64,000 nt of DNA from an uncultured Actinomycetota bacterium (GCA_963770565.1 CAVYQE010000011.1:800001-864000), one strand, 5' to 3'. Shown: positions 28,615 to 39,271, counted from the stretch's first letter. Translations and numbers: made by a program. The notes: generated from the sequence alone by a model not told the origin.

Positions 28615-29549
28615 CGCATCGCCTTGCGTTGCAACAACGCGTAGATCACGACCGCCACCCCAATGACGACGATCATCCCGAAGGCAAGCGCATCGCCAAG
28701 CTGGGGATTTGACGCGACATCGCCATTGACCACCTCGCCGATCAGGATCGGCACCAGATTGATGTAGCCGCTGCTGAGGGCGTATGGCGTGGCATACGCG
28801 CTGAAGGCGTTGCCGAACAGCAGCACGACCGCACCCAGCAGCGACGGCCACAGCACCGGCAGGCCCACCATCCGCCAGTACTGTGCTGGCGAGGCGCCAA
28901 GGTTGACCGCGGCCTCGCGCCACTCCTCGCGGATGTTGTCGATCGCCGGTGCGATGATCAGCACCATCAGCGGGAACTGGAAATACAGGTAGGTCAGCGA
29001 GAGCCCGAGCGTGCCGTAGATCGTGAAGCCCGAGCTGTAAAGGTGCACCCCCAGATGCGACAACAGTGAGGTGACGGCCCCGGTTGTCCCGAGGGTGGCG
29101 ATGAAGGCGAAAGCAAGCGGCACGCCCGCGAAGTTCGACGCGACCCCGGAAAACGTGGTGACGATCGGGCGGAAGAAGTTCGGCAGTCCGCCGCGCAGCG
29201 CCGCCTGTGCCACGAACAGCCCGAACAGCCCACCGAGCACCGCAGTGATCAGGCTGATCTTGATCGTCTGCTTGAAGGCGTCCAGGTCCTGCGACTGAAC
29301 CAGTTGATGGACATTGCCAAGCGTGAACGCGCCGGAGGCGGTCCGGAACGCCTGCACGACAATCTCGCCGGTTGGGATGAACAGGAAGATCGTCGCGAAG
29401 GCGAAGAACGGCAGCACCGGAAGCCACCGGCCGATCGTGCGGAGCGCAACTCTCCGGCGGCGTCGCAGACTCGACCGGCGTGGCCGCTCAGCCGGTCGTT
29501 GGGTTGCATCGGCTATTGCATCGACGGTGTCGATGCGATCGTCGACCAC
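28602..29549 (-). CDS. ABC transporter permease
   Basis: NFAGVPLAFAF; EAAVNLGAS. Confidence 0.88.
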   Translation of the reverse strand: MVDDRIDTVDAIADATQRPAERPRRSSLRRRRRVALRTIGRWLPVLPFFAFATIFLFIPTGEIVVQAFRTASGAFTLGNVHQLVQSQDLDAFKQTIKISLITAVLGGLFGLFVAQAALRGGLPNFFRPIVTTFSGVASNFAGVPLAFAFIATLGTTGAVTSLLSHLGVHLYSSGFTIYGTLGLSLTYLYFQFPLMVLIIAPAIDNIREEWREAAVNLGASPAQYWRMVGLPVLWPSLLGAVVLLFGNAFSAYATPYALSSGYINLVPILIGEVVNGDVASNPQLGDALAFGMIVVIGVAVVIYALLQRKAMRWLR

Positions 29550-29555
29550 CTCGCG

Positions 29556-30743
29556 TCACCCTCCGACGACCTTGGGACCCCACTGTTCGTTCAGGACCTT
29601 ATCCGCCGCGTTCGTCTGTGCGACCGTCGGAAACTGCACGGTGGCATAGGAGGCTGCGGGTGGCAGCAGGGCCGTCAGCGACGCCGGTACCTTGTTTCGC
29701 GCGACGAGGTCCTTGTATCGGGCGGGGTGGGAGTAACCACCGATGTAGGTGAGCTGGCCCTGGTCCGAGAACAGATATTCCAGCCACAACCGCGCGTTGT
29801 AGGGGTTGGCGGCGTACGCGCTGACCCCATCGCAGTAGAAGTTGCCGAACACCCCCGATGCCGGGATGACCACCTCGAACGTCGGATTGCCTTTGAACTC
29901 CTGCTTGAACGCAAGGTTCTCGTAGTCCCACTGAACCGCGATCGGGGTTGCCCCCTTGGCGATCGTGGACGAGGAGACCCCGGCCGGGATGTAGTTGCCG
30001 AGCTTCTTGAGCTTTGCGAAGAAGGTGATACCCGGTTCGATGTTGTCGAGCGATCCGCCGTTGGCCAGCGCGGCACCCATCACGGCGCCAAACGCGTCGC
30101 CTGCGGACCGCGGGTCGCCGTCGAGCGCGATCATTCCCTTGTAGGCGGGGTTGGTGAGGTCCGACCAGTCCTGCGGCGGGTGCTTGACGACGTTGGTGTT
30201 GGTTCCGAACGAGATCGCGCCCCAGTAGGGACCCGCCCAGTGCCCGGCCGGGTCCTTCATCGAGTCCGGGATCGTCGACCAGGTCGACACCTTATACGGC
30301 GAGAGCAGGCTCTGCTGCTGGCCGACGAGCGCGAAGCTCGGAGAGACATCGAAGCTGTCGGGTGCCCGGCCCTGGCCCTTCAGAGTCTTGATCGCTTGGA
30401 TCTCCTCAGCGGAACTGTCCTCCTGACCCTCGCTTTTGACCGAGATCCCGTACTTCGTACTGTAGGTGGTGATTTGTTTGCCGTAGTTCGCCCAGTCCGC
30501 CGGCTCACCGACGACATTCAGATGGCCTTCCGCCTTCGCCTTGGTGACCAGCTGATCCATCCCGCCACTGAACTGCGACAGCGAGGTGGGCAGACCGGTC
30601 GAGGTCTTCTTTGCCGAGCTGCCGCAACCGCCGAGAGCGCCAGCGACGCTGCTGAACCCGACTACCCCGACCGCACCGATTCCTGCGCGCCGCAGCAGCT
30701 CACGCCGTGACAAGTCGCGCGCCAGCATCGCCTCGTGGAGCAC
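29556..30743 (-). CDS. ABC substrate-binding lipoprotein with Tat signal
   Basis: SRRELLRR...ALGGC; AK.EG.LN...DWANYG; NAARLW-like tail. Confidence 0.85.
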   Translation of the reverse strand: MLHEAMLARDLSRRELLRRAGIGAVGVVGFSSVAGALGGCGSSAKKTSTGLPTSLSQFSGGMDQLVTKAKAEGHLNVVGEPADWANYGKQITTYSTKYGISVKSEGQEDSSAEEIQAIKTLKGQGRAPDSFDVSPSFALVGQQQSLLSPYKVSTWSTIPDSMKDPAGHWAGPYWGAISFGTNTNVVKHPPQDWSDLTNPAYKGMIALDGDPRSAGDAFGAVMGAALANGGSLDNIEPGITFFAKLKKLGNYIPAGVSSSTIAKGATPIAVQWDYENLAFKQEFKGNPTFEVVIPASGVFGNFYCDGVSAYAANPYNARLWLEYLFSDQGQLTYIGGYSHPARYKDLVARNKVPASLTALLPPAASYATVQFPTVAQTNAADKVLNEQWGPKVVGG

Positions 30744-30981
30744 GTTTCCCTCCCTGGGTAGGAGCACCCGCGATCGGTCGTCGCCCGTGGCGCGAACCGC
30801 GCCTCGGCTGCGAGTCGTCCGACCTTTGGTGTCGCGGTTACGTATATAACGTCAGTCCGCTATGGTCAATGACTTCCGGGTATCAGACTTGTGGCGACCC
30901 TCACGGGCTCGACTGCCGCCGCGCAGATGCGCTACGTTCCACCGTGTCGTCGCTGCCTGAAGGGGAAGATTGGTCTGACAG

Positions 30982-31749
30982 ATGGGCATGACTGAGCCAG
31001 ACGACTCGCGTCGGCCGCGGCTGCGGTCGGTCTCGGTCCGCGACGAGTTGTCGCAGCGCATCGAGGCGGGACAGCTGCCGCCGGGCGCAAAGTTGCCCGC
31101 CGAGACCGAGCTCGCCTTGGAGTTCGGCGTCTCGCGCGCCACCCTGCGGGACGCGCTGCGCAGTCTCGAGGCCGAGGGCCTGGTCCGCCGGATGCAAGGC
31201 TCCGGCACCTTCGTCACCCAGCGGTCGCGGGTCGCCAACAGCCTCGACGTGAACTTCGGTGTGACCGAGGCGATCTCCGCCGCCGGCATGATCGCCGGCA
31301 TCGCGGAGGGGCGGTCTTGGTCAGAACCCGCAGGGGCCAGCGAGGCCGAGCGCCTCGGGCTCGACCCGGCCGAGGACGTCTACATCATCGAGCGGGTGCG
31401 GACCGCCGACGGTAAGCCGGTCGTGCTGTCGCGCGACGTGCTACCCGGCCACCTCGTCAACGACCGGCCCGACGTCATCGAGGCCATGCTGCACGGGTCG
31501 GTCTACGAGGTGATCGAGCGCGAGCTCGGCACCGCCGTCCAGCACGGCATCGCCCGCTTCCGCCCCGTGCAAGCCGACCGCAGTCTCGCCGAACGGCTGA
31601 AGGTCGACCGTGGCGCGCTGCTGCTCTACCTGTGGCAGCTCGACTACGGCGACAGCGGCGACCCGATCCTGTCCTCGCACGAATACCACCTCGCCGACGC
31701 GTTCGACTTCTCGGTCGTACGACGCGGACCAGGAAGGAGGCTGCCGTGA
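30982..31749 (+). CDS. GntR/HutC-family regulator (UTRA)
   Basis: G.KLP.E.ELA..FGVSR.TLR.AL..L...G...R..GSGTFV plus UTRA domain. Confidence 0.92.
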   Translation: MGMTEPDDSRRPRLRSVSVRDELSQRIEAGQLPPGAKLPAETELALEFGVSRATLRDALRSLEAEGLVRRMQGSGTFVTQRSRVANSLDVNFGVTEAISAAGMIAGIAEGRSWSEPAGASEAERLGLDPAEDVYIIERVRTADGKPVVLSRDVLPGHLVNDRPDVIEAMLHGSVYEVIERELGTAVQHGIARFRPVQADRSLAERLKVDRGALLLYLWQLDYGDSGDPILSSHEYHLADAFDFSVVRRGPGRRLP

Positions 31750-32576
31750 GCGCAGCAATCGGCAAGAAGATGCGGCTGAAGCGGGTCATCGACCCGCACG
31801 GCGTCTCCGTGATCTGTGCGCTGGATCACGGGATGACCTCACCGGTGTTCCTCGACCCGCTCGCGGACATCGAGGCTCGCGCCCGCGAGACGATTGCCGG
31901 CGGAGCCAACGTGATCATGATGAGCAAGGGCATGATCCACCAGGCCTACCCGGCCTTCTCCCCGACCACGTCGCTCGCGCTTCTGCTCTCGGCATCCGCC
32001 TCACCCGACGGCGACCGACCACGCATCGTGCAAATCGCGGAGGTCGAGGAGGCGGCGCGAATCGGTGCCGATGCCGTCGTGCTATTCACCGCGCTAGGCG
32101 GCGACACCGAGGACGCGATGCTCACGACACTCGCCGGGGTGGGGCGTGAGTGCGCGACGCTGGGGATTCCGTTCATCGCCGAGGCCGAGTTTCCCACTAC
32201 CTACGCGTCAGTCGAGTCGCTCAAGCAGCAGTACGGCTTCGAATACCTGCGCCGCAACGTTCGGCTATGTGGGGAGCTGGGCGCGGACATCGTCAAGACC
32301 AACTGGCCCGGCGACGAGGAGTCGTTCGGGCGGCTGATCGAGGCGGCCAACGGCATTCCGGTCGTGCTCGCAGGCGGCTCACGGCTCGAAGACGACGAAC
32401 TACTCGAACGCATGCAGATGGCGATGGCAGCCGGCGCCATCGGGTGCAGCGTCGGCCGCAACATCTTCATGCATCGCTCGCCCGAGGCCATCACGCGCGC
32501 GCTGTCGCGGGTGATCCGTGAGAGGTGGACGGCGACTAAGGCGCTCGACGCCCTGCGTGACGAGCAAGGCGCCTGA
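31746..32576 (+). CDS. Class I aldolase, DhnA/LsrF family
   Basis: ALDHG, A..GADAV, ELGADIVKT, PVVLAGG, G.SVGRNIF. Confidence 0.85.
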   Translation: MSAAIGKKMRLKRVIDPHGVSVICALDHGMTSPVFLDPLADIEARARETIAGGANVIMMSKGMIHQAYPAFSPTTSLALLLSASASPDGDRPRIVQIAEVEEAARIGADAVVLFTALGGDTEDAMLTTLAGVGRECATLGIPFIAEAEFPTTYASVESLKQQYGFEYLRRNVRLCGELGADIVKTNWPGDEESFGRLIEAANGIPVVLAGGSRLEDDELLERMQMAMAAGAIGCSVGRNIFMHRSPEAITRALSRVIRERWTATKALDALRDEQGA

Positions 32577-32578
32577 CG

Positions 32579-33634
32579 ATGCGCGCCGCCTGGATGACCG
32601 CGGTCGACACCATGGAGGTTCGCGACGACACGGCCGACCCTGTCCTTGCGACCGACGGCGCGATAGTGCGGGTCGAGGCGTGCGGGATCTGCGGGACCGA
32701 CGCGAGGACCTTCTTCAACGGCGACCCGAAGGCTCCGCCGCCATGGATTCTCGGGCACGAGCCGGTCGGGGTGCTCGAAGAAGTCGGACCCGACGCGCAG
32801 CTCCCAGCCGGCGTCAAGCCCGGGGACCGCGTGTTCGTCGGATCGATTCTCACCTGCGGTGAGTGCCGGTGGTGCCTCGACGGCCAGCAGAACCTCTGCG
32901 AGCATCACCTGCTCTACGGGTACGACCCGTTCCCGGGCGCGTTCGCCGAGCTCGCCGCCGTACCCGCGATCGCGTTGAAGAACTTGATCCCGCTGCCGGA
33001 GGACCTGCCGTCCGACCTCGCGACAACCGCCGACCCGTTTGCCTGCGCTCTCAACGGCATCGAGGTCCTCGACGTGCGACTCGGCACCACCGTAGTGATC
33101 CTCGGCGCGGGCCCGATCGGCTGCTGGCAGGCGGTGATGGCACGCGACTGCGGCGCGCGCAATATCTGGATGATCGACATTAGCCAGGACCGCCTCGATG
33201 CCGCCAAGGACATCGTCGGGCACGTCATCGACGACGTGTGGGTGGCGGGCGAGGACAACGGGGTCGAGGCAGTGATGCAGCACACCGGCGGTCTCGGCGC
33301 AGACCGGATCAGCGTTGCCGCGCCGTCCAAACAGGCACAGCAGGCCGCCCTTGTGATGGCCGCGAAGCGCGCGCGCGTTGTCTACTTCGCCGGGCTGCCC
33401 AAGCATGACCCATTCAGCACGCTCGACATGAACATGCTGCACTACAAGGAGCTGGCGATCCTCGGTGCATACGGCGCGACGCCGCGCCAATATCGCCTGA
33501 CGATGGACTACCTCGACCGCCGACAGGACGAGCTCGGACGGGTCGTCACGCACCGGTTCCCGCTTGAGCGCATCGCCGAGGCGTTCACCACCATCCGATC
33601 CGGAGCAGGATTGAAGATGGTCATCGAGCCGTGA
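32579..33634 (+). CDS. Zn-dependent polyol/sorbitol dehydrogenase-like
   Basis: GICGTD, GHE, CGECRWC...NLC, GAGPIG. Confidence 0.9.
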   Translation: MRAAWMTAVDTMEVRDDTADPVLATDGAIVRVEACGICGTDARTFFNGDPKAPPPWILGHEPVGVLEEVGPDAQLPAGVKPGDRVFVGSILTCGECRWCLDGQQNLCEHHLLYGYDPFPGAFAELAAVPAIALKNLIPLPEDLPSDLATTADPFACALNGIEVLDVRLGTTVVILGAGPIGCWQAVMARDCGARNIWMIDISQDRLDAAKDIVGHVIDDVWVAGEDNGVEAVMQHTGGLGADRISVAAPSKQAQQAALVMAAKRARVVYFAGLPKHDPFSTLDMNMLHYKELAILGAYGATPRQYRLTMDYLDRRQDELGRVVTHRFPLERIAEAFTTIRSGAGLKMVIEP

Positions 33635-35154
33635 CCGTGGCGGCCGAGACCTACGTGATCGGGTGCGATGTCGGCAGTCAAAGCACGGTCGCGGCGCTCT
33701 ATGCGGACGACGGTCGTTGCGTCACCACCGCTCGCCGCAGCTATGAGGTCTCGTTGCCTCACCCCGGTTGGGCGGAGCAGAGTCCAATGACATGGGTTCG
33801 CGCCGTCCATGACGTCGTCCGCCAGGTCGCGGCCGCTGCACCTGCCAGCGCTCAAGCGATCCGCGGAGTGGGGATCGCGGCGCAACTCGATGGGCTCGTC
33901 GTCTGCGGATCCGACCTCACGCCGCTGCGCCCCGCGATCATCTGGATGGACCGGCGGGCCGCACCGCAGGTGGCAGCGCTGCGGGAGTCGATCAGCGAGG
34001 GTGAGTTCTCGGCCGCGGTCGGCGCGAACCTCGACTCCTCGCATGCAATCTTCAAGGCAATGTGGGTACGCGATGAGGAGCCCGCCGTCTACTCCCGCGC
34101 CGAGTGGCTGCTGTCGCCCGGCGTCTTCGTGCTCCACGCGATCAGCGGCGTCCTCGTCAGCGACTACTCCAATGCTTCCTCGTTTGCGGCGTTGGACCCA
34201 CACAGGTTGACGTGGTCGAGTCGCGTTCTCGAGGCAGCCGGGCTCGACCCTCGACTGCTCCCACCGCTTGCACCAGCGACTCAGGCCGCCGGCGTCGTCA
34301 CCGAGTCTTTCGCCGCGTCGACCGGGCTGCCCACTTCCGCGATCGCCGCGGTCGGCTGCGGTGACGAGATGGCAGGGACGCTCGGGGCGGGTGTCGATGG
34401 GGTCGGCGAGGTGTGCGACATCGTCGGGACGGCTGAGCCGGTCTGTACGGTCATCGACGAGCCCCGCATCGACGCCATGCTCCGCCTGGAGTGCCACCCG
34501 CACGCCGTGCCAGGGCGCTGGCTGCTCGAGAACCCGGGGTTCGTGTCCGGCGGCAACCTGCGCTGGTGGCAGGACGAGTTCCGCGGTAGCGGCGCCGGCA
34601 CCGCCGTCGGCTACAGCGACGCACTTCACGAGGCGGAGACCATCCCTGCGGGCGCGGCAGGCGTGACGTTCCTGCCCTGCATGCAAGGCGCGACGACGCC
34701 TCGCTGGAACGCCGATGCGCGCGGTGTCCTGTTCGGCCTGACCCTCGCGCACACGCGCGCGCACATCACACGGGCCATCCTCGAGAGCAGCGCGTTCGCC
34801 TTACGCGACGTGCTCGGCGCCATGGCCAACCTCGGCGTCAGCCCGCGTCGACTCACGGTGGTCGGCGGCGGCGGTCAGGCCGACCTGTGGTCGCAGATCA
34901 GAGCTGACGTCACCGGCCTGCCAGTGCGAGTCCCGACCACGGTCGAAACCACTGCGCTCGGAGCCGCGGTGCTCGCCGCGGTCGCCTCGGGGACGTGGCC
35001 GACCGCACGCGAGGCGGTCGACGCGATGGTGCGGTACCGGCCGGACGAGATCTCACCCGACGAGGCGACCCGCGCCACCTACGACGACGCCTACGCCCGC
35101 TACCGCAACGTCTACTTCGCGGTCGAACCACTGTTCGGCTCACCGAGTGGTTGA
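33631..35154 (+). CDS. FGGY-family sugar kinase (xylulokinase-like)
   Basis: IGCDVGS, PGWAEQ, PAIIWMD.R, GV.FLP...G...P.W, RA.LE, GGG...LW.QI.ADV.G. Confidence 0.9.
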   Translation: MTVAAETYVIGCDVGSQSTVAALYADDGRCVTTARRSYEVSLPHPGWAEQSPMTWVRAVHDVVRQVAAAAPASAQAIRGVGIAAQLDGLVVCGSDLTPLRPAIIWMDRRAAPQVAALRESISEGEFSAAVGANLDSSHAIFKAMWVRDEEPAVYSRAEWLLSPGVFVLHAISGVLVSDYSNASSFAALDPHRLTWSSRVLEAAGLDPRLLPPLAPATQAAGVVTESFAASTGLPTSAIAAVGCGDEMAGTLGAGVDGVGEVCDIVGTAEPVCTVIDEPRIDAMLRLECHPHAVPGRWLLENPGFVSGGNLRWWQDEFRGSGAGTAVGYSDALHEAETIPAGAAGVTFLPCMQGATTPRWNADARGVLFGLTLAHTRAHITRAILESSAFALRDVLGAMANLGVSPRRLTVVGGGGQADLWSQIRADVTGLPVRVPTTVETTALGAAVLAAVASGTWPTAREAVDAMVRYRPDEISPDEATRATYDDAYARYRNVYFAVEPLFGSPSG

Positions 35155-35462
35155 CGAGGAAAGTCCGGTTGCGTCGGCCACTCTTGGGGGGGCGAAGGCG
35201 CGTAGTGCGGGGTCGACTCAGCCGACAGTTCAGGCGCCGTTGCGCGATAGGACAGGCTGGTGGCCGCGGCCGCGAACGTGCCCCGACCGGCTGCAGCACG
35301 CTGGTCTGGTGTCCACGGCCGCTGACCCGACGGCACCTACAACGTTCGCCCCGAGCGACGTGTGCCCGAGCGAGACGCTGACGCTCAGCGGTGGGATCTG
35401 GTGGACGCCGGGTGGCCTCGAGCCCGGCTGGTACGACGGTGACTTCAACGCGACGCAGATTG

Positions 35463-36110
35463 TCAATGGCGGAGCCCCCGTGCCGAACGAGCCGAACGAC
35501 GAGGCATGTCAGCTCCATTGACCGACAGGCCTGACTCAGGCTGGTTCTTCGGACCAGGCCTTGGATCGATCAGAGCGGTCCCAGTCCCGGGAACTACGCC
35601 GATCGAGTTGCCTTGAATGATGTTGCCGCCACTCTCATTACGAAACGCCGCCGCGGGGCGTGCCACGGCCGGCGCCCAGTGAGTCACGAACACGTTTCGC
35701 TGTCCCGGGGCGGGACCACCGATCTGGTCACCTCCACCTACCAGATCCACGCCGATCTGACCGGAGAGTTGGAGGGAGGAGGTGTTCGTTCCGAGCGGAT
35801 CCGGTTCGGCTGCCGAGCCGGAGGCATCCGTACCGAACCAGTCGCCCTGGATTGTGGCGCCTCCTTGTTGAACATCGATACCGTCGGAGTACCCGTTGAT
35901 CACCATCCCCTCGACCGTGCTGCCGGGATTGTTGAGAACGAAGGCAGCCGTGAACGGTCCTCCGTTCAGGCCGTTATCCGCAGACCGGCCGCTCAGTTCG
36001 ACTCTCCCGGCACCGGGTTGGGAACCGCCGCCAGTCGCAGTCGGCGTGGCCCGAACGGGCAGGTAGCGGACGTTGCCGGAACCATCGCCTCCTTCACACG
36101 GCTAGTACGT
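35463..36110 (-). pseudogene. Fragment of a beta-helix/CSLREA-type secreted protein
   Basis: IQGDWFGTDASG, IGG..PGQRNV, NIIQGNSIG repeats like those in 7885..12078; broken frames. Confidence 0.5.
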
Positions 36111-36205
36111 CGTGATATCAAGTATCACCGTCGGTCTCAACGCGAGCGTTTGCCACTGTCATAGTGCTCTTCGGGGAGACGGCTACGCGAGAGGCGATGG
36201 CATAA

Positions 36206-36715
36206 GTGGTGATGACTGAGGCACGGGATGACGCAGCCGCGACGACCCTAAAGGCCCGGGCCGGAGAGCCACCGATCAACGTTCGGCGAACGGCCAGCTG
36301 GCTCTTGGCGGGCCTCTTGGTGCTCAGCTCGGCTTTGCTCGCCAGCAGCACGAGCGCTGCAGCGACCACACAGGCCACCACACCCGCGGCGTCGCTCACA
36401 ACCAGCGTTCCCCGTTCGGTAGCCAGCGGGGCAAAGTTCCACGTCAAGGCACATGGCTTCTCTGGCTCGTTCAACAGGGTCGGCCTCTACGCGTACCACG
36501 GGACCTACCTCAAGTGCGCGCGTTTCGTCGGCGGAGCGATGACCAACCATCACGTGTACAGGATTACCGTTACGAAGCATGCGAAGTTCAGCCTGTCGTG
36601 GGCGTTCCTCGCAGCGAATCCAGGTACGCACCACGCGTGTGCGTACCTGTACCACGCGTCGAAGCCCTACGGAACCACCCAGATCCGGAAGAGCAAGACC
36701 TATACGGTCACCTGA
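36206..36715 (+). CDS. Secreted hypothetical protein (single Ig-like beta domain)
   Basis: Hydrophobic signal-like segment, then a basic beta-rich domain with 2 Cys. Confidence 0.6.
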   Translation: MVMTEARDDAAATTLKARAGEPPINVRRTASWLLAGLLVLSSALLASSTSAAATTQATTPAASLTTSVPRSVASGAKFHVKAHGFSGSFNRVGLYAYHGTYLKCARFVGGAMTNHHVYRITVTKHAKFSLSWAFLAANPGTHHACAYLYHASKPYGTTQIRKSKTYTVT

Positions 36716-36981
36716 CAGTCGACCCTCCTGTCTCGGGTCCGGCAGCGAAACCGCCCGCCCTTCGAACTGCAGATCTGTCGCAATCCTCGGTGGAAACCGC
36801 TGTTTTCTTGTACGGAAGCGGCGCGGTCTGAGAGGGTCGGAGTCCTCCGCAGGGAGGGCTGCTCGGCCTTCCGCGAGGCGGTCGCTCACACATCGTCGGG
36901 TGAGACCGGCTCTGACGGGCACGCGCATCCTTCGTCGAGCGAAGGAACCCCGGGAGGACGACCTCCCGGGGCTGCCGATCG

Positions 36982-37380
36982 CTAGGCCGCCGTCTCGGCT
37001 TCTCGCTTCGTCGACAGTGCCTTGAAGGTATCGGCGACGACCTCGACCGTCCGGCGCTTGGTGCCGTCGGCGGCTTCCCAGGTGCGGCTCTGCTGCCGAC
37101 CCTCGATGTAGGCGAGGCGCCCCTTCGTCATGTATTTCGTGGCGAAGTCAGCGTGCTGCCTCCAGAGGACCACGTCGTGGAACTCGGGCTGCTCCTGATC
37201 GTTGGTTGCGATCCGGACCATCGTGACGTGGATCCCGGATGCGGTGGTGCGCAGCTCGGGCGTTGCAACGAGTCTGCCGACGAGGATCACTCGGTTGACG
37301 GATGTTCCCTTCGAGGAGCGCTTGGTCTCCGGGGTCTCGGTCGTGGTCTTGGTGCTGCGGGTGTTGGGCTTGCTGGCCAT
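36982..37380 (-). CDS. ssb: Single-stranded DNA-binding protein (mobile-element type, no acidic tail)
   Basis: VNRVILVGRL...PELR.T.SG...IAT...EFH.VV.W...KG...YIEGR. Confidence 0.9.
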   Translation of the reverse strand: MASKPNTRSTKTTTETPETKRSSKGTSVNRVILVGRLVATPELRTTASGIHVTMVRIATNDQEQPEFHDVVLWRQHADFATKYMTKGRLAYIEGRQQSRTWEAADGTKRRTVEVVADTFKALSTKREAETAA

Positions 37381-37508
37381 GTGATCGATGTCAGCGGCGG
37401 CGGGCGACAGGCGGAGATCCTGGGTTGCACCCGATGCACGGTGCTCCATGTTCACCGCGTCTCGTTCCGCACCGTTAGCCTCCCGATAGGTCCTACTGGG
37501 AGGTATGA

Positions 37509-38561
37509 GTGAGTCGAGCATGGCTAGTGCGAGCGGGTCGGCACGGCGAACGCGAAGAGCTGGCCGTCGATCAGGGCGTCGCCGTCGTCGGATGGGATGC
37601 GATGCCGGACATGACGCCAGCGACAACCCGCGAGGGTCTCGCAGCAATGCTCGAGATCGCTTACCCGGAGGACGGGGAGAAACGCCGGCGGAATCACCTC
37701 GCGCAGCTTTGGATGTTCCGCGACACGATGTCCGTTGGGGACCTGGTCGTCCTGCCCCTTAAGAACACGCCGACCGTGGCCATCGGGCGGGTCACCGGCC
37801 CATACGCCTACCGATCGAACCTGCCGGATTCCGCCCGCCACACGAGGCCGGTCGAGTGGCTGCGTACCGACATCCCGCGCACGGCGATCGGACAGGACCT
37901 GCTGCACACCCTTGGCGCTTTCTTAACTGTCTGCGAGATCAAGCGCAACGACGGCGCACAACGAATTTCGGTGCTTGCAGCAACGGGTCAGGACCCCGGC
38001 TGGGTCCCGCGGGAGCCTGGTGGCGTTGGACCTGTCTTCACGCCTGGGGAGGGTTCAGACGAGCCTGAGGCCGGCAACTTCGATGTCGCCCGCTACGCCG
38101 CGGACGAGATCAACGCTTGGATCACAATGCGCTTCGCGGGCCACGGACTGGCCAGACTGGTTGAGGCGGTATTCATTGGCCGAGGACTGGTGACATCGCG
38201 AGCCCCCGAAGGCCCGGATGGTGGCATCGACGTGCTCGTCGGTTCCGGCCCGCTCGGCATGGACCGGCCCCGGGTCTGTGTGCAGGTGAAGTCATCACAG
38301 AACCCGGTCGACGTGGGAGTGATCCGCGAGTTGCAGGGCGTCCTCGGGCGGATCGGTGCCGATCAGGCACTGCTCGTAGCTTGGGGCGGACTGACAAAGG
38401 CTGCCGAACGCGAGGTGCGTCAACAGTTCTTTCAGGTCCGAGTGTGGACCTCGGACGACTTCGTTCGAGAACTCACCGCGGTATACGAACGGATCCCCGA
38501 CGACATCCAGGCCGAGCTCCCACTCAAGCGCGTGTGGGCTTTGGCCGGCGAGGATGACTAG
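37509..38561 (+). CDS. Mrr-like (COG4127-type) restriction endonuclease
   Basis: AWLVRAG..GE.E; M.VGD.V..P; R.V.WL; GPDGGID.....VQVK (Mrr_cat D..QxK). Confidence 0.85.
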   Translation: MSRAWLVRAGRHGEREELAVDQGVAVVGWDAMPDMTPATTREGLAAMLEIAYPEDGEKRRRNHLAQLWMFRDTMSVGDLVVLPLKNTPTVAIGRVTGPYAYRSNLPDSARHTRPVEWLRTDIPRTAIGQDLLHTLGAFLTVCEIKRNDGAQRISVLAATGQDPGWVPREPGGVGPVFTPGEGSDEPEAGNFDVARYAADEINAWITMRFAGHGLARLVEAVFIGRGLVTSRAPEGPDGGIDVLVGSGPLGMDRPRVCVQVKSSQNPVDVGVIRELQGVLGRIGADQALLVAWGGLTKAAEREVRQQFFQVRVWTSDDFVRELTAVYERIPDDIQAELPLKRVWALAGEDD

Positions 38562-38813
38562 CATCCGCCACTAAGAGACAGGCCGCTCACTCGGCCACGG
38601 TGAAGACAACCTCATGGGGGTGACGGTGCCATCGCGGTGGCCAATGACCCCTATCCGCCGTCGTTCGTCGTTGCTCGAACCCAACCTCCTGCGCTGAATC
38701 GCCCGTTGACGAACGAACCCGTACATTGGGCCGAGGCTCTCTTAATCCGCGGGCGTCAGCCGGCGCGGAGCCTCCGGCAGCGAATCGTCGGTAGCCCCTG
38801 CCATTGTGTACCG

Positions 38814-39271
38814 ATGGCACAAGTCACGCTCGACCTCGGAACTGCAGCCGCCCCTGTCAACGCCGGTTGAAAATTGACCCCCTAGCGCCGCTTGGGCGAC
38901 ACGGGGTCAGTTTTCACGCGACGGCGACAGCCCCAGACCTGGTCGTGGACGTGCTGACCTTCGACGGCCCGCACGTGGTGCTGTGGTCCCAGGGCACGGA
39001 GGTAGGCTGCTTCGCCATGTCTGCAATTTCGGCAATCCAACTGGACTACCAGCACCCTGACTCCCACACCGCGCCGTCATATTCGATTGCCTCGATCCGA
39101 GCGGAGCATCCGGCTGCATACGAGAGGTGGAGCGAAGACGAGGAGGATCTGCTTCGAGGACGCACAAGTGAGGGAGCAAGTGTCCCCACGCTCTGTGCGG
39201 AACTCGGTCGGCAGCCAGGAGGTGTTAAGTCTCGGCTGTTGAAGCTTGGACTTAAAGCACCCAGCGAATAG
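38814..39271 (+). pseudogene. Hypothetical gene interrupted by an IS21 mini-element
   Basis: Removing 38855-38934 rejoins MAQVTLDLGTAAAP to DLVVDVLTFDG...; C-terminus AYERWS.DEE..L...GRQPGGV.SRL.KLG (HTH-like). Confidence 0.75.
38855..38929. mobile_element. 75-bp IS21-family miniature element (ends only) with 5-bp TSD
   Basis: TGTCAACGCCGGTTGAAAATTGACCCC ... GGGGTCAGTTTTCACGCGACGGCGACA; GCCCC at 38850-38854 and 38930-38934. Confidence 0.85.
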
